In this document: positions 1-10,890 of the stretch, one piece after another
Position numbering within the stretch: the first letter of the stretch is position 1
How the letters are laid out: every line of letters begins with the position of its first letter
From: Deltaproteobacteria bacterium
Lineage (GTDB): Bacteria; Desulfobacterota; Deferrimicrobia; Deferrimicrobiales; Deferrimicrobiaceae
DNA length: 42,325 nucleotides
NCBI GenBank assembly: GCA_003105225.1
Contig: PQAK01000162.1
Coordinates: forward strand, 1 to 42,325
Direction: 5' to 3'
Position numbers and translations under genes: made by a program
Notes under the pieces: model-generated
What the model was told of the DNA's origin: nothing
The model's input: only the letters and a program-made list of their open reading frames with translations
Databases searched by the model: none

Positions 1-255
<255 letters not shown>

Positions 256-282
256 CTGGACCGGATGCACGAATCCGCAGGG

Positions 283-318
283 GGGGGCGCGGCGTCATCG
301 CCGCGCCCCCTTTTTTAT
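283..318 (+). terminator. Rho-independent terminator downstream of hppA
   Basis: A 12-bp G+C inverted repeat, GGGGGCGCGGCG-tcat-CGCCGCGCCCCC, is followed directly by TTTTTTATTT. The stop codon of the convergent nuclease gene lies inside the T tract. Confidence 0.7.
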
Positions 319-1511
319 TTGACGATCGTGATCGCCTCGGGCGTCCGGACGACGATTTCCGGCCGGTCCCGGTAGAGTGCGACGGTTCCCCGCACCCGCA
401 CCTTCTTTCCCATGAAGCGCTTCTCCGCATCCTTCGGAAATCGCTTGAGGTCCTTTCCCAGGATCACCACCGTGAGGTACTTCTTCCAGTTGGGATGAAA
501 ATTGAGGTAGAGGACCTTCTTCCCGCGGTGGGTCCGGACGATCTTTCCTTCCACGGTAACGTTCCGGCCGACGAAGCGGCGGGCCTCCTCCCAGGGGACG
601 ATGCCCGGCGGATCGGGGAGGGCCTTCGACGACGGGGCGGCTTCGGGGGAGGGGACCGGTCCGCCCTTCGGGGAGAGGGGATAGAAGCCGGCCTCATGTG
701 CCTTGTCGGCGAATTCCCGGTCCGAGAACTCCGCCCGCAAACGGACGATCTCGTCGATGGTCCGTCCGAGTTCGCCCCGCTCGACGCCGGTACGCATCCT
801 GCCTTGGTAGACGACGATATATTTCCCGCCGGCGGCGGGCCAGATTTCCAGGGGGGCGCCGTGGCCTTCCTGCAGCCACCGGAATTCCGCTCGTCCTCCC
901 TCCCGCCAAAGCCCGGCTCCCTCGCGTCGCGCGCCCTGCTCCGCCTGCAGGAACTCGGCGGACCGGGAAAAGGAGAACCTCCGCATCGCGTAGGCGTACC
1001 CTTCCCGGACCATCTCCAGGTTCACCAGCCTGCCGTCCGGAAGGAAGAGGTAGCGCAGCAGCCGCCCGTGGACGTCGGCGTCCTCCGCGCCTGCCTCCAT
1101 CGCGACCGTCTTGCCGGAGCACAGGGAGGACAGGTATGCGGCGGCTTCGTCGGCGAAGTACTCCTTCGGCCGCCCGGGATGGCTTCGTTCCGGGGCATCG
1201 ATTCCCACCAGCCGGACGGTATGGACCTTGCCGCCGACCAGGACCCGGACCGTGTCCCCGTCCTCGACCTCCACGACACGGCCGGTTTCTTCGGCGAAGG
1301 CGTGCGGAGCGAGATGAACGAGGAGCACGAAAAGGAGCGAAGGAAGGAGCCCAGCCGCCGATACGGATCCCTTGATGGCGCCTATTTCAACGCCTCCGGA
1401 TTGATCTCCACCTTGACTTTCGCGCGGCGGTCGGCGATGAAGGACTCGAGCATCTGGTTCTTTTTCTGCTCGGCGACGGCGCGGAGAAAGGCCTCCTTTT
1501 TCGCCGCCCAT
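315..1511 (-). CDS. Secreted thermonuclease (staphylococcal-nuclease/SNase-like) with C-terminal OB-fold-like domain
   Basis: The SNase core is readable (VVEVEDGDTVRV..VRLVGIDAPE..ADVHGRLLRYLFLPDGRLVNLEMVREGYA) after a hydrophobic signal/anchor (LLPSLLFVLLVHLAPHAFA). The C-terminal ~95 aa (VTVEGKIVRTH...VRVRGTVALYRDRPEIVV) looks like an OB fold. The only canonical in-frame start is ATG 1511, which overlaps ppiD by 130 nt, so the true start is uncertain. Confidence 0.7.
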   Translation of the reverse strand: MGGEKGGLSPRRRRAEKEPDARVLHRRPPRESQGGDQSGGVEIGAIKGSVSAAGLLPSLLFVLLVHLAPHAFAEETGRVVEVEDGDTVRVLVGGKVHTVRLVGIDAPERSHPGRPKEYFADEAAAYLSSLCSGKTVAMEAGAEDADVHGRLLRYLFLPDGRLVNLEMVREGYAYAMRRFSFSRSAEFLQAEQGARREGAGLWREGGRAEFRWLQEGHGAPLEIWPAAGGKYIVVYQGRMRTGVERGELGRTIDEIVRLRAEFSDREFADKAHEAGFYPLSPKGGPVPSPEAAPSSKALPDPPGIVPWEEARRFVGRNVTVEGKIVRTHRGKKVLYLNFHPNWKKYLTVVILGKDLKRFPKDAEKRFMGKKVRVRGTVALYRDRPEIVVRTPEAITIVK

Positions 1512-3250
1512 TCCTTCTCGTCCGGGCGCTGTTCGTCGACGTACCCCAGCGCGAGATACAGCCCCGATGCCTCCACGACCTTGCCGTACACGGGGGCCTT
1601 CTTCGAGAGGGAGAGCAGGACTTTCCGGACGTCGGCGGACTCGGGCACGCTCTCCGGGTAGGGGCCGGTAAGCGGCGGGAAGAAGGCGGTCGTCGTGACG
1701 GACAGGCCGGCCTTCTTCGCCCTTTGCTCCAGGTCTCCGGAACTCGCCGCGCCCGCAACGACCTTCTCCAGCTCCGCCCGGGCGGCCGCGCGCTTCTTCT
1801 CCCGCAGGACCGCAGAGGCGACCTTCTCCCGCACTTCGGCCAGCGCGGGAACGCGGGAATCCTCCTTGGCGGCGACCTGGAAGAGGTAATGGACGTCCCC
1901 GACCGTCTTGACCGGCCCGATCTCCTTTACCGGCAGGAGCAGCGCCTCCTGGACCACCGGCTGGGGAACCGTTTCGTCCTTCCCGCCTCCCGTCCAGCCG
2001 GTTTCCACCGGCGTGATCCCGTAAGGGGCGCAGGCGCCCTTCAGATCCTTCGACGATGAGGCCTTGGTGTGGGCCTCGTACGCCTTGATCACCGCGAGGT
2101 CTTTCCCTTTCTCATGCCGGAGCAGCGCCGTGACCCGGTCCCGCACCTGGGCCAGGGGCAGGCTTTCGGGGAACTTGATCCGGTTGATCCGCACGAGCAG
2201 GAAGCCGCCGCCCACGTCGATCGGCCCCGCGATGGAATCCACCGGCGTGGAAAAGAGGGGACCGGCCAGCTCCGGCCTCGCATCGGCGCGGCGCATCCAG
2301 GTTTCCCCGGCCTTCGTTTTCGAAACCCTCCTGGCGACCTTGTCGAATTCGTTCTTTCCCTTGCCGGCCTCGGCCAGGATCCCGGCGACCTGCTTCGCGA
2401 CGGCCTCCTTGTCCTTCATCGTGTACGGGACGAAGATCTGCGAGACGAGCCGCTGCTCCTCGGTCCGGAACTTGTCGGCGTTCCCCTCGTAGAACGACCG
2501 AATCTCTTCCTCGGTGAGCGGCACGTCCTTGGCGAAATGGGCGGGCTCGAAGCGGGCGGCCAGGAGCTTCACCCGCGCGGGAATCCGGTAGCTTTCCCTG
2601 GACTGCTCGTATTTCGCGGCGATCTCGCCCTCCGTCGGCGCCGGCACGCTCCTGGCCGATTCCGGGTCCGCCTGGACCACCAGCAGCCGGACCTTCCGGA
2701 AGGCCAGGAGGAAGAGGTCCCGGGCCTCGCTCTCGGGGACCACGGCGCCGGCGGCGATCAGCCCCTCCATTTTCCGAAGGGTGATTTCCTGGCGCTTCGA
2801 CGCCTCGTAGACTGCCGTGGTCATGCGGTTGTAGGAAAGCACGCTGCGGTACCGCTCCTCGCTGAACTGCCCGTTGCCCTGGAAGGCGGGGGTTGCGGCG
2901 ATCTCCTGCTGCACCTCCGCGTCGGAGGCGTCAAGACCGAGCCGTCGCGCCTCCTCGAGCAGAAGGGTCCTCTGGACCAGGGTGTCCATCGCCTGTTTCC
3001 GGAGGTTGAGGGCCTTGGCCATCTCGGGGTTGTAGGCGGCCCCGTAAACCTCCCGGTAGGTCTTCTCCAGCCCCGACACCGCCTCGGAAAGCTCCGACAT
3101 CGTGATGGTTTCCTTTCCGACCGTCGCGGCGACGTCCCTGCCGCGCTCCGAATACGTTCCCACCCCCCACCAGACGAAGGTGATGGCGATGAAACCCAGG
3201 ATGATCTTTATGACCCACGAGCTGGCGTTCCGCCGAAGGACGTCGAGCAT
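1382..3250 (-). CDS. ppiD: Periplasmic chaperone / peptidyl-prolyl isomerase PpiD-like (SurA_N plus parvulin-like)
   Basis: The N-terminus MLDVLRRNASSWVIKIILGFIAITFVWWGVG is the typical PpiD membrane anchor. It is followed by a long SurA-N/rotamase-like body. I chose ATG 3250 (residue 18 of the 1382..3301 ORF) as the start. Confidence 0.75.
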   Translation of the reverse strand: MLDVLRRNASSWVIKIILGFIAITFVWWGVGTYSERGRDVAATVGKETITMSELSEAVSGLEKTYREVYGAAYNPEMAKALNLRKQAMDTLVQRTLLLEEARRLGLDASDAEVQQEIAATPAFQGNGQFSEERYRSVLSYNRMTTAVYEASKRQEITLRKMEGLIAAGAVVPESEARDLFLLAFRKVRLLVVQADPESARSVPAPTEGEIAAKYEQSRESYRIPARVKLLAARFEPAHFAKDVPLTEEEIRSFYEGNADKFRTEEQRLVSQIFVPYTMKDKEAVAKQVAGILAEAGKGKNEFDKVARRVSKTKAGETWMRRADARPELAGPLFSTPVDSIAGPIDVGGGFLLVRINRIKFPESLPLAQVRDRVTALLRHEKGKDLAVIKAYEAHTKASSSKDLKGACAPYGITPVETGWTGGGKDETVPQPVVQEALLLPVKEIGPVKTVGDVHYLFQVAAKEDSRVPALAEVREKVASAVLREKKRAAARAELEKVVAGAASSGDLEQRAKKAGLSVTTTAFFPPLTGPYPESVPESADVRKVLLSLSKKAPVYGKVVEASGLYLALGYVDEQRPDEKEWAAKKEAFLRAVAEQKKNQMLESFIADRRAKVKVEINPEALK

Positions 3251-3323
3251 GGCGATTCCTTGTCTCCTGTGAGGGGGGAGAGTCAATTGCAAACACATCA
3301 TGTTAATGCGGCTTGAGGGGTAA

Positions 3324-4469
<1,146 letters not shown>

Positions 4470-4510
4470 GACGCCGGCCGGAGGCCCGGCCGCTTGTGCC
4501 GTAAGATCGA

Positions 4511-5359
4511 GTGATGGGATCCTTCATCCGAAAGTGGTGGCGGCTTCTCGCGGCGATCGTCCTGATCTCCGGAGCCGTGCATTTTTTCGTGCGCCCCCCC
4601 GCGGCCCTGTCGCGCGCCGACGCGGTTCATGCATCCGGCTCTCTCCTGTTCCGGCCCGTCTACGCCACCCTCGATCGCATCCACGAGGGGGTTTCCTCCT
4701 TCTGGTACCGGTACATCGCGCTCGTCGGGGTTTCCCGGGAGAACGACCGGCTGCGGCGGGAAGTGGCGGCCCTCCGGGAGAAACTCCAGGAAAACCGTGA
4801 AGCCCTCCTCGAGAACCGGCGCCTGAAGGGGCTGCTCCGGTTCTCGGAGACCGCCGAGAAAAAGACGATCGGGGCGCGCGTGGTCGGGCGCGAAATCTCC
4901 CCCTGGTTCCAGACGGTCTTCATCGACGCGGGCGCCGACTCCGGCGTGGAGGCCGGAATGGCCGTGGTGACTCCCGCCGGGGGGATCGGGCGGGTCCACA
5001 AGACCTACCGGGGCCTCGCCGAGGTCCTCCTCGTCACCGACGGGCGTTTCGCCGCGGACGTGATCGTCGAGCGCAGCCGCGTGCGCGCGATCGCGGAGGG
5101 GATGGGGGGCACCCTCTGCCGGCTGAAATACGTTTCCCCCACCCAGGATGTCGTGGCCGGCGACCGGATCCTCTTTTCGGGGTTCGACGGAAGCATGCCG
5201 AAAGGGGTGCTGCTGGGGACGGTCGTGAGCGCGGAGCGGCCGCGCGAGGGGCTGTTCCAGAAAATCCAGGTGCAATGCGCGGCGAACCTCCTGGCGGCGG
5301 AGGAGGTGCTGGTCGTCCTCTCCCGGCCGTCGATTCCGTTCCGGCCGGGGAAGTCGTGA
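4511..5359 (+). CDS. mreC: Rod shape-determining protein MreC
   Basis: The protein has an N-terminal TM segment, a coiled coil (LRREVAALREKLQENREALLENRRLKGLL) and a beta-rich C-terminal domain. It sits between mreB and mreD. The start is GTG 4511 or ATG 4514. Confidence 0.85.
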   Translation: MMGSFIRKWWRLLAAIVLISGAVHFFVRPPAALSRADAVHASGSLLFRPVYATLDRIHEGVSSFWYRYIALVGVSRENDRLRREVAALREKLQENREALLENRRLKGLLRFSETAEKKTIGARVVGREISPWFQTVFIDAGADSGVEAGMAVVTPAGGIGRVHKTYRGLAEVLLVTDGRFAADVIVERSRVRAIAEGMGGTLCRLKYVSPTQDVVAGDRILFSGFDGSMPKGVLLGTVVSAERPREGLFQKIQVQCAANLLAAEEVLVVLSRPSIPFRPGKS

Positions 5360-5841
5360 GGCAGTTCCTGGTGCTGCTGGCGGCATCGTACGCCGGCGTC
5401 GCGGCGAGCGTCTGGTGGCTGTCCGGGTACGTCCCCTGGTTCCTCCTTCCGGACGTCCCCTTCCTGGCCATCGTCTACGCGGGGCTGTTCCTCGGCGGCC
5501 CGGCCGGGTTCCTGGCGGCGATCCCTCCGGCCGTGTTCCGCGAAGTCACCGTTTCCGCGCCCTCCTGGACCTTTTTTCTCTCCTCGATGGCGCTGTTCTT
5601 CGTTTCGCGCGAGATCGCGCTCCGGCTTTTCGTGCGGGCGGAATATTACATTCTCACCGTCGTCGTCGGCCTCCTGCTGACCGAATCGCTCTCCATCGTG
5701 ATCCTGATGCTGCTGTCGGGAAGCCGTCCCTTCTCGTTGCTCTGGGGGGCCGAGGAGGCGGTCCGGATCGCCTGGACGGGGCTTCTCGCCGTCCCCCTCT
5801 ACATGGACCTGTCCAGCCGGTGGCTCCGGGTGAAAGAGTGA
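5356..5841 (+). CDS. mreD: Rod shape-determining protein MreD
   Basis: This is a small polytopic membrane protein (VRQFLVLLAASYAGVAASVWWL...). Its GTG start overlaps the mreC stop (GTGA). The synteny is mreC-mreD-mrdA. Confidence 0.7.
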   Translation: MRQFLVLLAASYAGVAASVWWLSGYVPWFLLPDVPFLAIVYAGLFLGGPAGFLAAIPPAVFREVTVSAPSWTFFLSSMALFFVSREIALRLFVRAEYYILTVVVGLLLTESLSIVILMLLSGSRPFSLLWGAEEAVRIAWTGLLAVPLYMDLSSRWLRVKE

Positions 5842-7679
5842 CGCAGCGGATCCGGAAACGGGAGCAGGATCCGCTGATCGCCGCCCGCATCCGCATCGTC
5901 CTGTGGGCGGCGCTCGCCCTGTTCGGCCTCCTCCTGATTCGCCTCTACTGGCTCCAGGTGGTCCAGTACGACCGGTTCCGGACGCTCTCCGAGAACAACC
6001 GGCTGCGGATCCGGACGATCCAGTCCCCGCGGGGGCAGATCCTGGACCGGAACGGGCGCCCGATCGCCGAAACGCAGGCCTCCTTCGACCTCATCTGCTC
6101 GCCGGTGGACGTCACGGACCTGGAGGGGGAGGTCCGCCTGCTCGAAGAGGTCGTGGAATTCGACGCGGACGAGATCCTGGGGAAGATCCGCGCGGCGAAG
6201 AAGGCGAACCCCTACAGCACCATCACGGTGGCGCGCGACCTGCGCTTCGAGCAGGTGTCGGTCGTCGAGTTCAACCGGGAGGCGCTGTCGGGATTCACCG
6301 TCCAGGTGGAGGCCAAGCGCAGCTATCCCTTCGGCACCGTCTTCGCGCACGTCCTGGGATACGTGGGCGAGGTGAGCCAGGAGGAGCTGGACCGGTCCGA
6401 GGACGACCAGCTTTCGATGGGCGACATCATCGGCAAATACGGGCTGGAGCGGCGCGAGGACAACGTCCTCCGGGGGATCAACGGCGGGCGCTACGTGGAG
6501 GTGGATGCCGCGGGAAGGGACAAGCGGCTGGTGAACGAGGTGCCGCCCCAGACGGGAGGGATCGTCCATACGACCCTCGATGCGGACCTCCAGAACGCGG
6601 CCGCGGAGGCCATGGGAAAGGGCGCGGGGGCGGCGATCGCCATGGACCCGAAGACCGGGGACATCCTGGCGTTCGTCTCCGCGCCGGCTTTTGATCCCAA
6701 TGTCTTCTCGAGGGGGATCCGGAAGGCCGAGTGGGAGGCCCTGTCCGCGGACATCCGCAAGCCGATGCAGAACAAGGGGCTGCAGGGCACCTACGCCCCC
6801 GGCTCCACGGTCAAGCCGTTCGTCGCGCTGACCGCGCTTCTGGAAGGCATCCAGGACCCGAAGGCCACGGTCCGGTGCCCGGGGTATCTCCAGATCGGCA
6901 ACCGGAGGTTCCGGTGCTGGAGGGAGAAGGGGCACGGCTCGGTGGACATGTACAAGGCGATCGTGCAGTCCTGCGACGTCTACTTCTACACGATGGGCAT
7001 GCGGGTCGGGCCCGACCGGCTCGCCAGGCTGGAAAAGGACGCGGGGCTGGGCACGATCACGGGAATCGACCTGCCCGGGGAGCGGAAGGGGCTGGTGCCC
7101 GACTCGGAGTGGAAAAAAAAGGCGACGAAGGACCGGTGGTACGATTCGGAGAAGGCGATCCTGGGCATCGGCCAGGGGTACGTCCACGTCACCCCGCTGG
7201 AGATGCTCGCCGGCTATGCGTCCATCGCCTCGGGCGGAGAGGTGATGCGCCCCCGCCTCGTCCGGAAGGTCGTGGGCAGGGACCGGTCGTTCAAGGAGTT
7301 CCCCCCCCAGCGCCTCCGGAAGCTGTCGTGGAAGCCCGAGGACGTCGAATTCATCCGCCGCGCATTGTCGGGCGTCGTCAACGACTACGGCACCGGCGGC
7401 GCCGCGAAGCTCCCGGGGATCGAGGTGGGGGGGAAGACCGGAACGGCGCAGGTGGCTGCCGTCAAGGGGAAGATGATCAAGTCCGAGAACCTTCCCTACC
7501 TGCTCCGGGACCACGCCTGGTTCGTCGCCTTCGCCCCCGTTTCCGATCCCGAGATCGCCGTCGTGGCGATGATGGAGCACGGGGGGCACGGCGGGTCCGC
7601 CGCCGCCCCCGTCGTGAAGGCGGTGATGCAGGAATATTTCCGGAAGAAGCAGGTCGTGATGGACAAGGAGGGGAAATGA
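5838..7679 (+). CDS. mrdA: Penicillin-binding protein 2 (elongasome transpeptidase)
   Basis: The protein has an N-terminal anchor and a PBP dimerisation domain. The transpeptidase motifs are SxxK (GSTVKPF), SxN-like (QSCD) and KTG (GGKTGTAQ). Its GTG start overlaps the mreD stop (GTGA). Confidence 0.9.
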   Translation: MTQRIRKREQDPLIAARIRIVLWAALALFGLLLIRLYWLQVVQYDRFRTLSENNRLRIRTIQSPRGQILDRNGRPIAETQASFDLICSPVDVTDLEGEVRLLEEVVEFDADEILGKIRAAKKANPYSTITVARDLRFEQVSVVEFNREALSGFTVQVEAKRSYPFGTVFAHVLGYVGEVSQEELDRSEDDQLSMGDIIGKYGLERREDNVLRGINGGRYVEVDAAGRDKRLVNEVPPQTGGIVHTTLDADLQNAAAEAMGKGAGAAIAMDPKTGDILAFVSAPAFDPNVFSRGIRKAEWEALSADIRKPMQNKGLQGTYAPGSTVKPFVALTALLEGIQDPKATVRCPGYLQIGNRRFRCWREKGHGSVDMYKAIVQSCDVYFYTMGMRVGPDRLARLEKDAGLGTITGIDLPGERKGLVPDSEWKKKATKDRWYDSEKAILGIGQGYVHVTPLEMLAGYASIASGGEVMRPRLVRKVVGRDRSFKEFPPQRLRKLSWKPEDVEFIRRALSGVVNDYGTGGAAKLPGIEVGGKTGTAQVAAVKGKMIKSENLPYLLRDHAWFVAFAPVSDPEIAVVAMMEHGGHGGSAAAPVVKAVMQEYFRKKQVVMDKEGK

Positions 7680-8803
7680 TCCGGCGGGGGAAGCTGGGAA
7701 GGCTGGACTGGAAGATCCTTCTTCTGGCCCTTGGCCTGTGCAGCGTGGGCCTCCTCAACGTGTACAGCGGGACGAGGGCGGCCGGGATGGCCGGCGTGCC
7801 GCTGTTCGCCAAGCAGCTGATCTGGATCTGCCTGGGGATCCTGGCCTTTTTCGCCTTCTACCTGATGAGCGACGGCTTCATCGAGGAGATCGTCTGGCCC
7901 GTCTTCTGGGGGGTCCTGGTGATCCTCGTGGTCGTGCTCGTCATCGGCAAGGTCCGCGGGGGCGCCCAGCGATGGATCTCGATCGGAGCGTTCAATTTCC
8001 AGCCCTCGGAATTCGCCAAGGTCGCCGTGGTCCTGGCGCTCGCAAAGCTCTTCACGGACCGTTACCATTACGGCGGGATCGGCTTCAAGGAAACCTTGCC
8101 CGCCATCGTGCTGACGATCCTCCCCTTCCTCCTGGTCGCCCTCCAGCCGGACCTGGGGACCGCCGGGGTGTTCATGATCATCCTGCTCGGGATGATCGTG
8201 GTGGCCTGCGTGAAAGGTCGGGTCCTGCTGATCATGGGGGCCGCCGGGATCCTCGCGGTGCCGGGACTCTGGTTCGCCATGAAGGACTACCAGCGGCAGC
8301 GCGTCCTGACGTTCCTGGACCCGGAGCGGGATCCCCTGGGAGCCGGATACCACGTCATCCAGTCGAAGATCGCGGTCGGGTCCGGCGGGATCCTGGGAAA
8401 GGGATACCTGCAGGGGACGCAGGGGGCGCTGCGGTTCCTTCCCGAGCAGCACACGGATTTCGCGTTTGCCGTGTTCGCGGAGGAGTGGGGGTTCCTCGGG
8501 ACGGCGATCCTGCTGGCGCTGTTCATCGCCCTCGTCTACCGGGGATTCTTCCTGGCCTCCCGGTCGCAGCACCGGTTCGCATCGTTTGCGTGCGGAGGGC
8601 TGACGATTTACTTCCTGGCCCATATCGTCATCAACCTGGCCATGGTGTGCGGGCTGTTCCCCGTGGTCGGAATCCCGCTGCCCTTCGTCAGCTACGGGGG
8701 GTCTTCGATGGTGACGAACATGATGGCCCTGGGGATCATGGCCAACCTGGCGAGGAGCCGCTTTACGTTTCAGGCGGCGGGGGAAAGCTCGATACGCGCC
8801 TGA
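7676..8803 (+). CDS. rodA: SEDS-family peptidoglycan polymerase RodA
   Basis: This is a polytopic FtsW/RodA/SpoVE-type sequence (QPSEFAKVAVVLALAK...PEQHTDFAFAVFAEEWGFLG...LPFVSYGGSSM). The ATG overlaps the mrdA stop (ATGA). Confidence 0.9.
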   Translation: MIRRGKLGRLDWKILLLALGLCSVGLLNVYSGTRAAGMAGVPLFAKQLIWICLGILAFFAFYLMSDGFIEEIVWPVFWGVLVILVVVLVIGKVRGGAQRWISIGAFNFQPSEFAKVAVVLALAKLFTDRYHYGGIGFKETLPAIVLTILPFLLVALQPDLGTAGVFMIILLGMIVVACVKGRVLLIMGAAGILAVPGLWFAMKDYQRQRVLTFLDPERDPLGAGYHVIQSKIAVGSGGILGKGYLQGTQGALRFLPEQHTDFAFAVFAEEWGFLGTAILLALFIALVYRGFFLASRSQHRFASFACGGLTIYFLAHIVINLAMVCGLFPVVGIPLPFVSYGGSSMVTNMMALGIMANLARSRFTFQAAGESSIRA

Positions 8804-9347
8804 TCCCGGATACGATCGCAGCGGAAAGGGAAGGGGAGGCGCCGATCCATCGCTGCAGGACCTTGCCTTCACGGTTCGTCAGAAGAAGCACGGGCGCCTG
8901 CGTCGGTCCGAACCGTTCCCGGAAAGCGCCCGGAAGCGCGATGACGGTCGTCTCCGGCAGGGCGCCCGCATCCGCGCGGAGGGGGAGGCGCAGGGGCGCC
9001 GCCTCCTTCGTCCCCTCCCGGTCGAGCCGCCGCTCCCGGTCGAACAGGATACGGTACACGTGGACCGACCCGGCGGGGATTTCCCGGGAGGCGTCCCGGA
9101 TCGCCTTCCAGACGTCGGCGCACGGCGGGCACCAGGCGTAATCGAGCAGGATGAGCCGGTACGGCTCCGGAGAATCCGGCAGCTCCGCGCGAGGCTCCCG
9201 CGAGGCGTCGATGAAAACGGGCTTGCCGGCGGGGAACGCAACGGATCCCACGGGGAAGGTTTTCGCCCCGCATCCCGCGCATAGTAACGCCGCGAGAAGT
9301 CCCGCAAGCGCGCCCGCCAAGCCCGCCCATTTCGGTTCGAGGGGCAC
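8763..9347 (-). CDS. Thioredoxin-fold exported protein, probable lipoprotein (WCPPC motif)
   Basis: A signal-like N-terminus ends in LLCAGCG. A redox motif YAWCPPC is present. The gene lies immediately downstream of trxA on the same strand, and its 3' end overlaps the rodA 3' end by 41 nt. Confidence 0.55.
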   Translation of the reverse strand: MPLEPKWAGLAGALAGLLAALLCAGCGAKTFPVGSVAFPAGKPVFIDASREPRAELPDSPEPYRLILLDYAWCPPCADVWKAIRDASREIPAGSVHVYRILFDRERRLDREGTKEAAPLRLPLRADAGALPETTVIALPGAFRERFGPTQAPVLLLTNREGKVLQRWIGASPSLSAAIVSGIRRVSSFPPPPET

Positions 9348-9359
9348 CGGCGGGCGGGT

Positions 9360-9686
<327 letters not shown>

Positions 9687-9758
9687 TCCGTATCCTCCCC
9701 GTTGATCCCGCCCCTTCCGGATGGGGGATCTCCCCCGCGGGGCAAGGTGAATTGTCCG

Positions 9759-10157
9759 CTACCTGCCGCGCTTCGCCAGTTCCTTCTTGATGCAGAGGTC
9801 CATCACCACCGGGATTCCCGCCTGCTCCAGCCGGTCGCGGGCGGGCGGGTTGACGACGCCCTCCTGCATCCAGAAGAACCTCGCCCCGATCCGGATCGCT
9901 TCCTCGGCGATCGCGGGCACCTCTTCGGATTTCCGGAACACGTCGACGACGTCCACCTTCCCGGGGATTTCGGACAGGGACCGGTACGCTTTTTCCCCCA
10001 GCACCTCGGTCAGGAGGGGATTCACGGGGATGATCCGGTATCCCTTCGCCTGGAGGTACCGCGCCACGGAATGGCTGGGGCGCTCCGGCTTGTCGGAGAT
10101 CCCCACCACGGCCACGGTCTTCGCCTCCGAGAGAATCCTTTCGATCGCCGCGTTCAT
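9759..10157 (-). CDS. CoA-binding domain protein (YccU/YneT-like)
   Basis: MNAAIERILSEAKTVAVVGISDKPERPSHSVARYLQAKGYRIIPVNP is the CoA_binding_2 signature. I used the internal ATG at 10157 of the longer 9759..10574 ORF. Confidence 0.8.
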   Translation of the reverse strand: MNAAIERILSEAKTVAVVGISDKPERPSHSVARYLQAKGYRIIPVNPLLTEVLGEKAYRSLSEIPGKVDVVDVFRKSEEVPAIAEEAIRIGARFFWMQEGVVNPPARDRLEQAGIPVVMDLCIKKELAKRGR

Positions 10158-10246
10158 GGATGGTTTCCTTTGCCCCGAACTATACGATGCGCAACATGCT
10201 ACAACGGTTTTCCCCGAAAGGAAAGACGACGGCGCGCCGGGGATTC

Positions 10247-10276
10247 TTGACAGCGGCGGGGCGGAAAAGGGATTAT
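10247..10276 (+). promoter_or_regulatory. Candidate sigma-70 promoter for gmhA operon
   Basis: A perfect -35 TTGACA, an 18-nt spacer and GATTAT lie about 35 nt upstream of the proposed gmhA GTG. Confidence 0.35.
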
Positions 10277-10308
10277 GTCTGCCTATCCATATCGGTGGGG
10301 GGCCGCTC

Positions 10309-10890
10309 GTGCTGGAAGCCATCGCGAAAACGTTGAAAGAGGGATCCGACCTGCGGCTCCAGATGATGGAGTCGATGCCCTCCGTCATCCTCGAGGCCGC
10401 CCAGGCGATCGGCCACGCGTTCAAAACGGGCAGGAAAGTCCTTTTGTTCGGCAACGGCGGCAGCGCGGCGGACGCCCAGCACATCGCCGCCGAGTTCATG
10501 AACCGCTTCCTGATCGAGCGCCCGCCCCTTCCCGCGATCGCCCTGACGACGGACACCTCCATCCTGACCAGCATCTCGAACGATTACGCGTTCGACGAGG
10601 TGTTCAGCAAGCAGGTCAAGGCGCTGGGGAAGAAGGGGGATATCGCGATCGGCATCTCCACGAGCGGCAACTCGGCGAACGTGATCAAGGCGTTCCGCGT
10701 GGCGAAGAAGATGGGCATGGTCACGATCGCGCTCACCGGCGAAGGCGGCAAGATCGCCTCCAACGCCGACATCGCCCTCGCCGTCCCGTCGAAGAACACC
10801 CCCCGCATCCAGGAAGCCCACATCACCATCGGGCACATCCTCTGCGAACTGACGGACACCCTCCTCTTCCGGCAGATCACCAAGCGATGA
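10309..10890 (+). CDS. gmhA: Phosphoheptose (sedoheptulose-7-P) isomerase, SIS domain
   Basis: GRKVLLFGNGGSAADAQHIAAEF...GISTSGNSANVIKA...RIQEAHITIGHILCE matches GmhA along its whole length. The GTG 10309 start gives 193 aa, as in characterised GmhA. Confidence 0.8.
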   Translation: MLEAIAKTLKEGSDLRLQMMESMPSVILEAAQAIGHAFKTGRKVLLFGNGGSAADAQHIAAEFMNRFLIERPPLPAIALTTDTSILTSISNDYAFDEVFSKQVKALGKKGDIAIGISTSGNSANVIKAFRVAKKMGMVTIALTGEGGKIASNADIALAVPSKNTPRIQEAHITIGHILCELTDTLLFRQITKR

